A stretch of 64,000 nt of DNA from Octopus bimaculoides (Eukaryota): assembly GCF_001194135.2 (NCBI RefSeq), contig NC_069000.1:44819916-44883915 (forward strand), in the 5' to 3' direction. The translations under genes and the position numbers were made by a program. Positions 33,233 to 47,166 of the stretch are shown in pieces; within the stretch, counting starts at the first letter, position 1; each line of letters starts with the position of its first letter. A model generated the notes under the pieces. The model did no database searches, was not told the origin of the DNA, and saw only the letters and a list, made by a program, of their open reading frames with translations.

Positions 33233-36200
33233 AGACCCACATTTAGAGACACATTCATTCACTTTACACACAAACATAAAGAAACATAGACATACTTGGC
33301 CCAGTAAGAGAAATGGTATTGAAAACTGGTCTGGGCAGGTTCTGACTGGGTGTCCGAGCCTGTTGCTTCACTGTCCGAGGACTCTTTCTTTGGTGGGTTG
33401 TCACACTCAAGTGGACCAATGACTATTGGACTTTTCACGAGCGAAGACCTGAAAAGACAAGACACAGGTTTAGATTACTTTCAACGGATTAATAATAGCC
33501 CACACTCACACTCCACTCATAAACACTAAAAGCTCACAATTACTGCCACCACCCTCGCCCTGCCCAACCCACTGCAATCATAGAGTAACTCATTTCTATA
33601 GTCCTCCTTCCAACTCAATTAAAAAAAAGGCTCTCTTAAAGCCCTACCCTACTCGTGAGTACTTGACAACATCACTGTTATATTCCAAGAAATCTACATT
33701 TGTAAAACCCCCTGTTGACCCAACACATGAAAACTCTCATTTCACTGACAAACCCCTGCAACTTACTTCAACATCACAACAATGGTTTTGTCCAGTTTTT
33801 CAGTTGTAATAATGCCAACCATTTTATGTTTCACAGCAGTCAGACTGAGAACCACCGGATGGGACCTGTAAAAGAATTCATAACAAAATAATGAAAAAAA
33901 AAACAATAATAGATAATAAAACAATATTAAAATGATTGGATGAGATCTGACACAGGATTTACGAACTTACACCAAGACAATAGAGATAGAAAAAAAATAG
34001 AGAAAAATTTATAAAATCTATAAAGATCTGTGGTACTAACGTGTCATAGGTATATATGTCTTTCTCGAATCTATGGCACGAATCTGTAGTGAGACGGTAG
34101 ACACCAGGCTGTGAAAGACAGAATCGGTTTGTGCCTTTCTTCAAAGCAAAAGAACCTACACTTCCTTCCTTGTTCTCATGAGCAAAATTCTACAGAAGAC
34201 AAAAAGGAAAAAGGAAAAAAAAAAATCGGTAAGGTTTGTTTATTAAAATATGACCTCCAAATTGTAACAACATAAACCAGTGGTTCCCAACCTGGGGTCT
34301 GCAAAGGTAGTACTGGGAGTCTATGAACTAAATTAAAAATTTCATATATCATCGTCATTTAACGTCCGTTTTCCATGCTGGCATGGGTTGGATGGTTTGA
34401 CTGAGGTCTGGAGAGCCAGCGGCTGCACCAGACTCCAATCTGATCAGGCAATGTTTCTACAGCCGGATACCCTTCCTAACACCAACCTCAGTCAAACCAT
34501 CCAACCCATGCCAGCAAGGAAAACGGACGTTAAATGATGATAATGATGATGATGATGTACCTGTTTAAAAAAGGGAAAGAAATCATTATTTAGACTTGAG
34601 ACTCAAGAGAACTTGGAAGCAGCTGGCTTGTGCAAGTTTGGTCAGCAAAATGGATGCCAGGAGGTTTCAGGGCCTTCTTCTCGACAGCTTTGCAGAACAC
34701 TGCCCTCCTCCCGTCGCTGATGTGAGGCCCTAGCTACTGGCTCAACTGACTAGTATCTGATCTCAAGTCCATTTTGGGACCATCACCTCTCTAGCCAGGT
34801 TTTATCATTGCCTTTCAGCCACATCCAATGGCTGGTTCTCTCTGCTGCCGACTGGATCTCTTTCAACGTGGCCAGTGGTTCTAGGAGAACTTCTACCCAG
34901 TAATGAATACACATAAACTGATTCCGGATGGAAAAGCTTGAAAACATAAATCCTTTCAATTGATATGAGAATCTCCTTGCTGAAGTCCTCCTCTTTGGCT
35001 CAGAAACATCATGGATTCAGTGGAAGACATTCAAGTGTCTGAGAATGAGAATGGAACGATCAAAAGTTGTTTTCATCAGATGAAACTACAAGACCAGCCC
35101 AATTACCTGCCAATGCAGACCCTGCTGGAGCACTGCCTTGTTTGCTTTCTGCTATCCAACCCTTTTGGTCAGATGTGGAGAAACATTCCATACCATTGGA
35201 CACTGCCTTGTCTGCACTCAATCCTTTAGTCAGATGGAGGCCACAAGACTGGCCAAACCACCAGCCAATGTGGAGAAGCAGACCATACTGGAGCACTGCT
35301 TGGTCTACCCTCTGCTACTCAACCTCTCTAACTCAAAAGACCTAAAAGAGGTCTATAAGAATGCCAAAAAGTGTAAAGAAATGGGGAAACTGTTATATAA
35401 CCATTATACTTTGAAGAATAGAAAGAAGTAGGTACAAAGACTCTGTTGCTAAGACCAGAAACTGGACAACACAAAACAAAAAACAAAACGAAGTGTTAAA
35501 AAAATGGTACTGACCAAAGTAATTTCATGGGAAAGTCCACATTTCAATATGAATCCTGTCTGGGAGAATTCCAGTCCCGTCACATCTTTGTTGGTGATTT
35601 CAATCTCTTGTGACTTTTCCTTCCAACACCAGTTATCTTGTAAAGGAGCCACTAAGGACCAGAAAATAGTAAAATATTAATCAACAACAACAATTTTCTA
35701 ATAGATAGGCATGTATGGTCAAGGTTCCTGGTTCAAATCCAGTCTAGCACACTATTGTTATCATCATGCTCATTTTAATGTCTGTTGTTCCATCCTAGAA
35801 TTGGTCAAATCAGATTTACTGAAACAGATTTTCTGTAACCAAATACTCTTCTTGTTCCCAAACTTCAAATGCTTTCAAAAAAGGCAATGTTTAGCCACAA
35901 GTCCTTTCGGACATGAACACCATAATGGGTAGACATGTTTTTTGGGGGAGATTATTGCAAACAAATGGCACAACTTGTACAATAATGACATTTGTTTTAT
36001 AGTTAGTACTTGACGTCAAGACATAGAAACACACAAACACACATGCACACAACAGGCTCTTTTCAATGTCTATCTACCAAATTCACTCACAAGACTTTGA
36101 TTAGCCCAGGGTAACTGTAGAAGACAATTGCTCAAGGTGGCATTCAGTGGGACTGGAAACAAACTCCATTACAGAGCTAAATTTCAGAAGCATATGGTGT

Positions 36201-39200
36201 AGTCTGTGGTACAAAAATCAAATGTATATGGATTCTCCGTATTACATACCAAAAATCTAACTACAGATCTTTGTCCATGAGTCTATCTACAATATGGAGG
36301 GGTACCAACGTCAATGGGCTGATCCCCGTCTTATCACAAAGACCTCACAATAGTCTAAGACTGTGCTCCAAATAAATGTGAACTATTTCTAGGTGAATTC
36401 CCAGTGAAGTCAACTTAGTCTTTCAGCCTTCCAGAGTCAACAAAGTACCAATCTAGCAGAGTTTACCAAAGACAACAACAACAACACACAGTATTCTCTT
36501 ACCTTTATATTTGCCAGGCAAGATGTTCTCAAATTCAAAACTGGCTTTTTTGGGTGAGTCTTTTAGCTAGAAATAGGAAGAAAGAGATAATACTATGTTA
36601 AAAAATACTTTTGAAGCAGATGTGTCACACACACACACACACTGTCATCATTCATTTAATGAACACTTTTCCATGCTTGTATGGATCAGACAGAATTCAC
36701 TGAGGCAGATTCCCTATGGCTGAATGCCCTTCCTGTCACCAACCCTCATCTGTTTCCAAACAAGACATCTTTTCCTCCATGGCCAGACATGTTTACATTG
36801 AAGACTAGAAACAAACAACATCACTTATACGCCAGTGATGCTCATTTACAGTGATCAAGTGATGTCAAGACAAGGGTACACACAGACACACACACACACA
36901 CACACTCATGGCAGGCTTCTTTGAGTTTCCATCTACCAAATCCATTCAGAAAACTTCAGTTGGCCAGGGGCTATCATAGAAGACATTAGCCCTAGGTGCT
37001 GCACAATGGGATTGAACTCAAAACCACATAGTTGGGAAACCAGCTTCTTAACCACACAGCCATGCCTGCACCTCCATACTAAGCAATAGAGCAAAGAAGA
37101 ACAAGCAAATGGAACTGGTAACAGATTGAAGCCCTAAATGGGGTGTGTCATGAGTTGGAGAAACAAAAGAATGGTTGTGCCAAAGTTTGGAAGCTTCATC
37201 ATCCTCTCCACACTGGACCAACAAGATTACACAAAAAAAAAAATTAAGAAACAGAAAATAAAATTTTCTACAATTTCTAAGATGAAAGATATCCTTACTT
37301 ACCATTATGACTTTTTTATCTTCTCCAATCATGCTAATAGGATCCAGAGATAATCCTATAGTGCCACAGTTTTCTGAAATAAAGATCAGCCGAGTCAAAG
37401 AATGCTCAACAGGAATCTACAAGAGAGGATCTCTGTCAAAACTTAGATGAGCAGTGTCAAAAAAGTGTTAGTGTGGTCAAATAATGACTAGCTACTGTCA
37501 AATATGGACAAGCAGTGTCAAACATCAATGTCAAACATCAGCTCCTGTTTAGGCATTGTCAATCATGAATGTGTAGTGTCAAAAAACATGTCAATGTCAG
37601 ATGAGGATTAATCATGTCAAACATGGATTAGGAGTGTCAAAACATGTCAACATGGATTAGGAGTGTCAAAACATGTCAACATGCATTAGGAGTGTCAAAA
37701 CATGTCAACATGCATTAGGAGTGTCAAAACATGTCAACATGATCAAATTAATAAATAAGTGTCAACATGGTCAAATTAACTAATTAAAAAAAACATAAGG
37801 ATAGAGTATTTTATAAGTAATATAGTCAAAACTGGGATGCTGGTTATGTTCAGTTGGTTCACAGAGTGCCGTAAGTTCACATGAGTAGAGCGAATCTCTT
37901 TTGGGTCCCCATCTGAAAACAACAACAACAACAGTGGGAAAAATAGAATGGCAAAGTCACTCACCAATACAAGTAATAACTCCAGATACTTTAGCACGGA
38001 ACTGGGAGAAGTCAACATCTTTCACAGGTTTATTGGTGACCACAACAAGCTTCTCGCTAGGATACAAATGTAGTCCTGCTTTTATTTCTTGAGTGCTAAG
38101 GAAAGCCTAGAAAAATAATAAATAACAGCGTTGGGTCATTTGGCAGAATCATCAGAGCATCCAATAAAACTTTGTTCCTTTCAATATTGCTGAACTTGTA
38201 TCTAAGTTATGGAGGTGGTCAGCGGCCAGATTCCCCATCGGCTTTCTTCTAGCAGTAAAGCTTATCATATTAGAAACAGATGATGACAATGATGACAACA
38301 ATAAATTACAATTAAACGAACAGCAACAAAGATACAATCAATGGAGAGCAGTAACTCCTCTTCTCCTTTCCACCTCCTCCAATGATTCCAGTTAAATAGA
38401 CATATTTATCTTAAATATAAAACAGCATCAAGGAAGTGGTGAAAATAAATAACTAGTCTCTGGAGGAGGAGGAGACTGAAAAGAAGAAGGAGGAGATGGA
38501 AGAGAGAGAGGAGGCAGAGAGGAAGGAGGGAGGAGCAAGAGGAGAAAGAGGGGGAGGAGAAAGAGGGCAGAGTAAGAGAGGGAGGAGGAAAGTCATGAGA
38601 AGCAAGAGAGGAAGGAGGAGAGGGAGGAGCAAGAGAGGAAGGAGGGGAGGAAGGAGTAAGAGAGAGAGGAGATAGAGGAGAAAGAAGGTGAAAGAAAAGA
38701 AAAAGAAGAAAAAGGATAAAAGAAAATGACAGAAGCAGAAATACCTTGAAAATATATTTTCCTGATTTAAACATGGCACAGAAATGTCCTTGCATATCTG
38801 TGTCCACAGCAAGAAGTTTCACAGCTTTGTCTTCAGTGTAGGCAATGACCTTACGTTGATAAACCATGTGGTCCAAGCCCTTAGGGATTTCATCTATGTT
38901 CACTTTACCACACACACTGAACCTGTGACGAGAGGGGGGAAAAAACAAAGGACATTTTCTTTTTTTTAGGAATTTTATTACTTTTTGCAGATTTCTGCTG
39001 TTTACTTCAACCTTGCGGTCGTGTGGTTAAGGAGCTCGGTTCCCAACCACAGAGTTTTGGGTTCAGTTCCACTGTGTAGCATCTTGAGTAAGTATTCTGC
39101 CAGAGCCTGAAGCTGATCAAAGCTTTGAGACTGGAGCATCACACAAATTGTTGTTTGTTTCCTGTCTGGCCATAGGAAAATATTACCTTTCTTGGAAACA

Positions 39201-42200
39201 GGTAAAGGTTGGTGATAGAAAGAGCATCCAGTCATAGAAAAGCTGCCTCAACAGATTCTGTTTGACCCATGCAAAGATGGGTCCTCCTTTCCATGCTTGT
39301 ACGGGTCACATGGAGTTTAGTGAGGCAGATTCTCTACAGCTGGATGCTTTTCCTGTCACCAACCATTATGCAGTGTCAAGATGAAAAGACACAAACATAT
39401 ACACACTCCCAGACAAATACAATAGGCTTCTTTCAGTTTCCATCAACCAAATCCATCTACAAATCTTTAGTTGGCTCAGGGTTATAGTAGACACTTGCCA
39501 AAGGTGCCACCCGGAGGGACAGAACCCAAAACCACATGGTCGGGAAGCAAATTTAACCACATGGTCGGGAAGCAACTTTAACCACACAACCACACCTTCA
39601 CCGATATAATTCTAATCAACAAACACCTGTAAATTCATCCAAATTTAAATGACAACAAAATTCAACTCACCTTGATGCAATGATGTCATGGAGATGGGGT
39701 GTGTTAGGGGTGATCTTCAACATAATCTCATCAAAGAAAATATCTTCACTCATTACTTGAATGGTGTATTTACCAGCTTTCATGTTCTCCAAGTGGTAGG
39801 AACCATCTTCATTTGTTACAGCCATCTGTTTGCCGCTAACCGATACTTTGGCACCTCCAATACCAGAACCCTTTTGAAGGAAGAATAACAGAATTTAGTA
39901 GTCAAGATGCAAAAGAGATTCAGAATATAGTGGTGTTTAACTTGGCCAGTAACGGCTCCCAGGGAGCATTGCGAGATTATGATATCATGGGGCAATGTGT
40001 TTAGAGGGACTGACAGTCTTGTTAGAAATAAAATAATTAAGCCAGGTACAATATTTATATTATAAACATAACATCATCATTATTTTAATATTCACTTTCC
40101 TATGCTTGCATAAATTAGAGGGAATTCATTAAGGCAGGTTTTCTACAGCTGGACACCCTCTCTGTTACGAACCCGCATCTGTTCCAGAGCCAGGTAATGT
40201 TTCCCCCATTGCTGGATACGTTTCGCAGAATATTGGAAGTGAATTACTGTTTGTGTAAGACAGTGACACACACACACACACACACACACACACCAGGCTT
40301 ATTTCAATTTCCATCTACCGTATCCACTGATAAGGTTTTGGTCAGCCCTGGGTTATGTTAGAACACACTTGCTCAAGATGTCACATGGTTGGAAAACAGG
40401 CTTCTCAACCACACAGCTATGCTCGCACAATATTTATATTTTAAACACAATTTAAAAAAAAAAACCTTTGTCAAGGTTAAAATACAGATAAGACATTATG
40501 TTATCAGTGAACAGAAATAGGAGATGATGATGTAAACCAAGGTCTGACATTTATTTGTTTGTGCACTCATTTTTACATCCAGTTTTCCATGCTAGTATGG
40601 GTTAGAGGAATACATGGACAATAAGCCACTCACAGAGTTACCTTCTGTTGGATTACAATAATCTGATGGGTTTTTAAATTCTTCTTTGCAAAACATGGAC
40701 ATTGTATGTGAAAGTGGGAGTAGTTTTGTGAAATACCATTCCTTAAAGGGGAAACTGAGTCGCAAAAGGTTGAGGTCTACTTATCAACATTATCATCATC
40801 ATCATCATCATTTAACGTCTGTTTTTCCATGCTGGCATGGGTTGGACGATTTGATAGGAGATGTCAAGACTGGAAGCTACACCAGGCTCCAGTTGCTTGT
40901 TTTGGCTCAGTTTCTATAACTGGATGCCCTTCCTAATGCCAACCACTTTACAGAGTGTAATGGATGCTTTTTTAGGTAACAACAGCACTGTTCTTGAATA
41001 TTCTGAAATGACCATTGAAACAGTTGAAAAAAAAAATCAAATGTGTTTAATTCTTACCTTAACAGAATCCAAAATTCGACCACTCACAGAAAATCCAGCA
41101 ACTTGGAATTCTTTCTGGAAAAGAAGGGAGGAAAGAAAATTTCAATAAATTAATGTTTATGTTGTTGATGTTAAGGGCAAAACCATGAGTAATGTTGTAA
41201 TGTGATTCTAACCTTGCAGCAGCTGCTGAAAGTTAGGTGACCTTGTGGGTGAATAGAGGGACAGTGTGTATAAAGAATATTGGAGAAGCAATATTGACTT
41301 GAATCACTCTAGATTGTACATCATCATCATGTTAGCTTCCATGTTTGCATAAGTCAGGCAGAGTTTATTGAGACAGATTTTCTACAGCTGGATGCTCTTC
41401 CTCTACCCAACACTTACTTGTTTCCAAGTAAAGAAATATTTCCCCATGGCCAGACATGGTCTTTTGCAGAATATTTGAAACAAATGACATACCCATGTCT
41501 GTGATATTAAACAGTCAAGTTTGAATATATATATATATATTTTTTTTTATATAGCAAACTTACTCAGATTACATAGACTTGAAGAATTAAAGGGGAGAAG
41601 GTGTTACAAGTCCAACAGCTGTTTCTGGGGCTCAGAGTTACTTCATAATGTTGCCAGAGCCTCCTTCGTCAGAGTAGATAGATAAGAGTCTGCCATCCAC
41701 CCTGATGAAGGACGCTCTGGTTTCTACCAATGTCTGTTTGATTCCATTACTGGCTGCAAATTTTTGAACAACTACATCTGCCAACATTATGAATATAATG
41801 AATGGTTGTCATAGAAACTAAAGAGAGAGAGAGAGAGAGAATAAAAGTTACTTACGGGTAATACCACAGAACTATGTTTCACTTGGAAGACCATTTTCTC
41901 AGGAACAACATCAAAAGTGATATGTTCTCCTTTATAGAATGGAATCTGAAGAGGAGAGAGAAATAGAGAAAAGCAAATATAAGACAAAAGACTGCGTGTC
42001 ACCCTGGTGGCAATTATTGTAAGGGAGATAATCATTTCCAATAAATCATGCTAGAGTTATAAGTTTGAATTTTCAAAGACTAACAAACAGAGTGCACAGA
42101 AAATACATATTCAATATTCTTTTTTGGTAATAAGTAGCCATTTATAGTGCCATTTCATCCTTATTTGAAACATCTCAGCATGACATAAACCAAGGCAAAT

Positions 42201-44454
42201 AAATTACATTAAATCAAACATTTTACAAAGTAAAACATGATGCTGCCATGTGCATTGGTGGGGTCGGTGGTGATTAAACCAACAACCACACTAAGTTCGC
42301 TTGGTAAGTGAGGAGGGTCATCTTTGGATGAGCGAGGTGGGTCATCTTTTCACCAACCAAATCTACTCACAAGTTATTGTTTGACTTGGGACTATAATAG
42401 ACAACGCTTGCCCAAGGTGCTATACAGAGGGACTGAACCCGGAACCATATAGTTGGAAAGCAATCTTTTTAACCACACACACACACACACGCACAAACAC
42501 ATTTGAAAACGGGTCAAAGATCCTCACCAAGTAATACTGTCCAGTTGGAAGAGAGGCAAAGTTGAAGGTGCCGTCTTCTTTTGAGGACATATGGCATATG
42601 GAATTGTCACCATTCTTCAAACTTTTCACTGGGGTCTTCTCACAATCTGTGACTAACTGAAAATAGTCAGAAAAACAAGAAACAAAAGATAGTTATTTCT
42701 GTAGAGCAAAACATTGGGGTTTGTAATCTGGGGCTGGGCAAGAAACCAATTCTAGTAAGAGAGGATTTATAATTAACTGATGATGTAGCCTCAGTTTATT
42801 ACTAGTATTTTATTTCACCAACCCAGGGGAAGACATCAATTATTGGAAACCTCATTCTGTGGCACTTTACCACAATAAAAATAATGATAATAATAATCCT
42901 TTCTATTATAGGCACAAGGCCTGAAATTTTGGAGGATGGGGTTAGTTGATTACATCAAATAATGATAATAATAGTTTCAAGTTTTTCCACAAGGGCAGCC
43001 ATTTTGGTGGGAGTCAATTATATCAACTCCAGTATGCAACTGGTACTTAATGTATGACCCCGAAAGGATGAAAGGCAAAGCTGACCTCGGCGGAATTTGA
43101 ACTCAGAAGTAAGGACAGGCGAAATACCACTAAGCATTTTATCCAGCGTGCTAACAATTCTGTCAGCTCGCCGCCATAATAATAATAATAATAATGGCTT
43201 CTGATTTTATCAGAAGGCAACACTTTTTAGTGGGAGTGGTACATTGAGCCCAACACTTGATAGGTACTTTATTTTATCAATTCTGAAAGGATGAAAGGCC
43301 AAGCTAACCAAAGTGGAATTGAACTCAGAACATAAGAGTTGGAACAAATGCCTTTAAGAATTCTGTCTGCCTGGGTAAGATTTGAAATTAAATTAAATTA
43401 CAGAGGGCAGGGGGGGGGGAGAGAGAGACAATGACTTACCTGTGGGTCTACTGTATCAGAATAGAGCAAGAAATTCACACCTTTAATAGGTTCCCCTTCA
43501 CTAAAAACGTGGCCCTGTTGGGAAAAAGAAGGAATTGGTATTTGTAATAAACCTCAAAGAAAAAAACAAGAAGAATTAATGAAAGCTGCTAGACTCAGTC
43601 ATTTGGTAATGGCTGGAGGCTTGACCAGGTGGCCTGAGCAGACACTGGCAGCTTTTAACACATTGAGTGCCAAAGGGAAATGTGTAAATCGGTCCCATGT
43701 GCCACAGGTGGTTTTTGTCAAATTCGCATAGTATTTCAGTTGTATACAGTTCATTTTTCAATGAGAAAACGCATACAATATATGTATATGCGGCACATTT
43801 GTAAAGTCTGTTTGATCATGTGATCACATAATTTTTATATAGAAATTTGGTAAAGTTCCTCTCGTTATTTATTGTCACCTGGCATGATTCCTTTTTACAT
43901 GGTGTCAGGTCTCTTCCTTGTTCCAGGTGTCATTTCAACTGTCATCTACATGTTCTATTCATCCCTTGCACATCGTTTAAATGATTTATTGATTGAGATG
44001 TTTAACACATTCAGTGCCATGCATACAATATATGTATACACAGCACTTTTAAACAATAAACTGCGATATGGCGAGGTATTACACTATTGAAGAAATATTC
44101 CCTGATATTATCCATGGTGGTGAAAGTATGCTTCTAAGGTTAGCAATTATAAGATGGGTAACACTCTAGTTATAATAAAAATGATGATGTGACTTACCAC
44201 TACCGCCACCAGTATTAGACTAGCACTTGGTGGTAGTGATGGTGTCGGTGGTGGTAAGAAACCAATAGGAACACTAAAACATGAAGTTTCAAAGACAAAA
44301 GTTCTGACTTACATTGACATCATAACCAGCTACGACTAAGTCATCACTGATGAAGACATTATCGGAACCAACTGTCACCTTAATCTCTGACTGCAAGAAA
44401 AGAACAACAAAAGCAATTAGAATCAGAGCTTCAATTTGGGATATAACGCTTTCA

Positions 44455-44491
<37 letters not shown>

Positions 44492-45583
44492 GTGGAGGCG
44501 CATTGGCCCAGTGGTTAGGGCAGCGGACTTACGGTCGTAGGATTGCAGTTTTGATTCCCAGACCGGGCATTGTGAGTGTTTATTGAGCGAAAACACCTAA
44601 AGCCCCACGAGGCTCCGGCAGGAGGTGGTGGCGAACCCTGCTGTACTCTTCCACCACAACTTTCTTTCATTCTTTCTTCCTGTTTCTGTTGTGCCTGTAT
44701 TTCAAAAGGCCAGCCTTGTCACACTGTGTCATGCTGAATATCCCCGAGAACTACGTTAAGGGTACACGTGTCTGTGGAGTGCTCAGTCACTTGTATGTTA
44801 ATTTCATGAGCAGGCTGTTCCGTTGATCGGATCAGCTTGGACCCTCGTCGTCGTAACCGACAGAGTGCCATGCTATATACATATATCATCATCATCATTG
44901 TCATTGTTTTAATGGCCACTTTGACATGCTTCCATGGGTCAAGTGAAATTTGCTGACGCAGAGTTTTTCTAGGGCCAGATTCCCTTCATGTTAGTGACCC
45001 TTAGTTGTTTCCCAGCAAAGCAATGGTTTTCCTTCATCCGGACAGGTTTTCATATACATGTGATGGTGAAGTTTGTCTACGATTAGCAAGTGATGTGAAG
45101 GACAAGGGAGACAACCACAATCATCATCGTCGTCGTCATCGTTGTCATCACCACCTCTGCTGCCATACAAAGCCACTGTGCTGGACCATGTAAAAAGCAC
45201 CCTGCACACTCTGTAAAGTGGTTGGCATTAGGAAGGGCATCCAGCCATAGAAACCATGCCAAAACAAGGAAGGAAGGAAGGAAAGATAGATAGATAGATG
45301 ATATAGACAGACACACACACACACACAAATATATATATATAGTCAAAACTTTTTTGTTCTCTTTTACCTTCTCAAACTTCCAGATGGGATGTTGGCCCCT
45401 TATAATATAATCTCCTGGTAGAACTTTCCGGAAATAATAACTGTGAAGAAATGAAGAGGGAGAGGATTTCAATTACATTAAAAAAATTGGCAGAAAAGAC
45501 AAATATTGTTACAACTGGTTGGACAAACACTCTGGACAAGGTTGTTCCTGGTATACTATAGGACATGATGGTCACAGATGGAC

Positions 45584-45615
<32 letters not shown>

Positions 45616-47135
45616 GTGGTCCACATGTACAAAAAGCAAAAAAAAAAAATGCATTGAAACACTTACAAATCCGCTTCTTTTGACACTGTGGTCTGTAATA
45701 CTTCAGAGCCATCAGCAGTCATCAGGCTCAGTTTCACATTTCCAGGGCCAGTCTTCTCACCTTTACTCAACACCTGTGTAGATAAAAGTAGACAAAAGTC
45801 TGATTAAAATATTTTAAACAATTACAAAACAGTGAAAAAAGAAAAACAAAAAAGCAAACAGAGCTTTATTTGATGGAGTAAATCAGTTGTTTGCTGATTC
45901 CGGTTAACAAAAGTTCATGTTGATGGAGTTTTCTCTATCTGGCAGGGTAACTTCAACTGATGAGACAGACAATGAGGTCAAAACACCACAGTGTCTCAAA
46001 GTTACCTTCCATTAATGAATCACATATGTTATGAACAAATGTCACCTTAAGGCAGGATGTATTCTCTGGAGGTGAAAAGCAACAACGATCAGCCTATTCA
46101 TGTTTAAATCTGCCAGAACATACGGCTCTTAAATTTTGGTACATCATCACATTGGTAGCATGAAGAGAGGGGAGACTGAGTCACACCATTCCAAAGAGTT
46201 TAGCCATGTCACACTGTGCCAAATCGAGCAACACTATTCTAGAGAGAAGAAACACAAGACTTACCATTCCACGGATGGAGAAACCCTTGAATTGAAAGTT
46301 TATGTCTTCTCCTAAACTGCATTTGTCTGTGCTGCCATCAACATGTAAACGGACAGATTCTGGTTCTGAAAAAGATAGAATTCTAATGTTAGTTGCCCTT
46401 TTCATGAATATACTTCACATTTATTTCTTATTGTTACTAGGGGTTAATAGATCAGTTTAGCTGCTTCGGGTCAGTAGATCAGTGGAGTTGATAGAGGTCA
46501 GTTGACTAATGATGGAGCAGCCAGGGGCTGCTAGATTAATGAATGAGATGAATATATTAAGATCTGGCTTTATAGTTGGGTGCCCTTCCTGCCACTAGCT
46601 CAAACCTATATTACAAGGGACCTCTTATTTCAGACATCTTTGAAAGCCCCAAAGCCAGTGAAAGAACTGTAGATGGAAGAAATGACAATATCCCTGGTTG
46701 TAGCTCACAGTTTTTGGGGAAGCACAAATGGAAACACACAGAACCGGTCAAAACTGGTTTCCTCTACCACATCCACTCCCAAGGCTTTGGTCAACCCAGA
46801 GGTATAGCAGAAGACACTTGCCCAAGATAGTGTAACCAGGATGACAAACAGAGGGACTGAACCCAAACCATGTGGTTGGGAAGCAAACTCCTTAACCACA
46901 CAGCCAGCCTACACACACACACACGTATATTATCATCAGTTGGTGAAATACTATTAAGTGCTTGTGTTCTTCATAGATATTTTCAAAAAGTTTGACTCCA
47001 CACATTTCAAAAATCTCTCTTAAGAACAAAAACATTAAAGCCATGACAAATAATAAACAGTATTTCACCAACTTCTGGCTTCTTTCTTTTTTACCAATAT
47101 ATAAAACCTATACAATACTACAGACATAATACATA

Positions 47136-47166
<31 letters not shown>

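Noticed and set aside
34660-35345. GC-richer segment with partial internal duplications and a weak resemblance to a non-LTR retrotransposon C-terminus
   Set aside because: Too degenerate to classify by eye.
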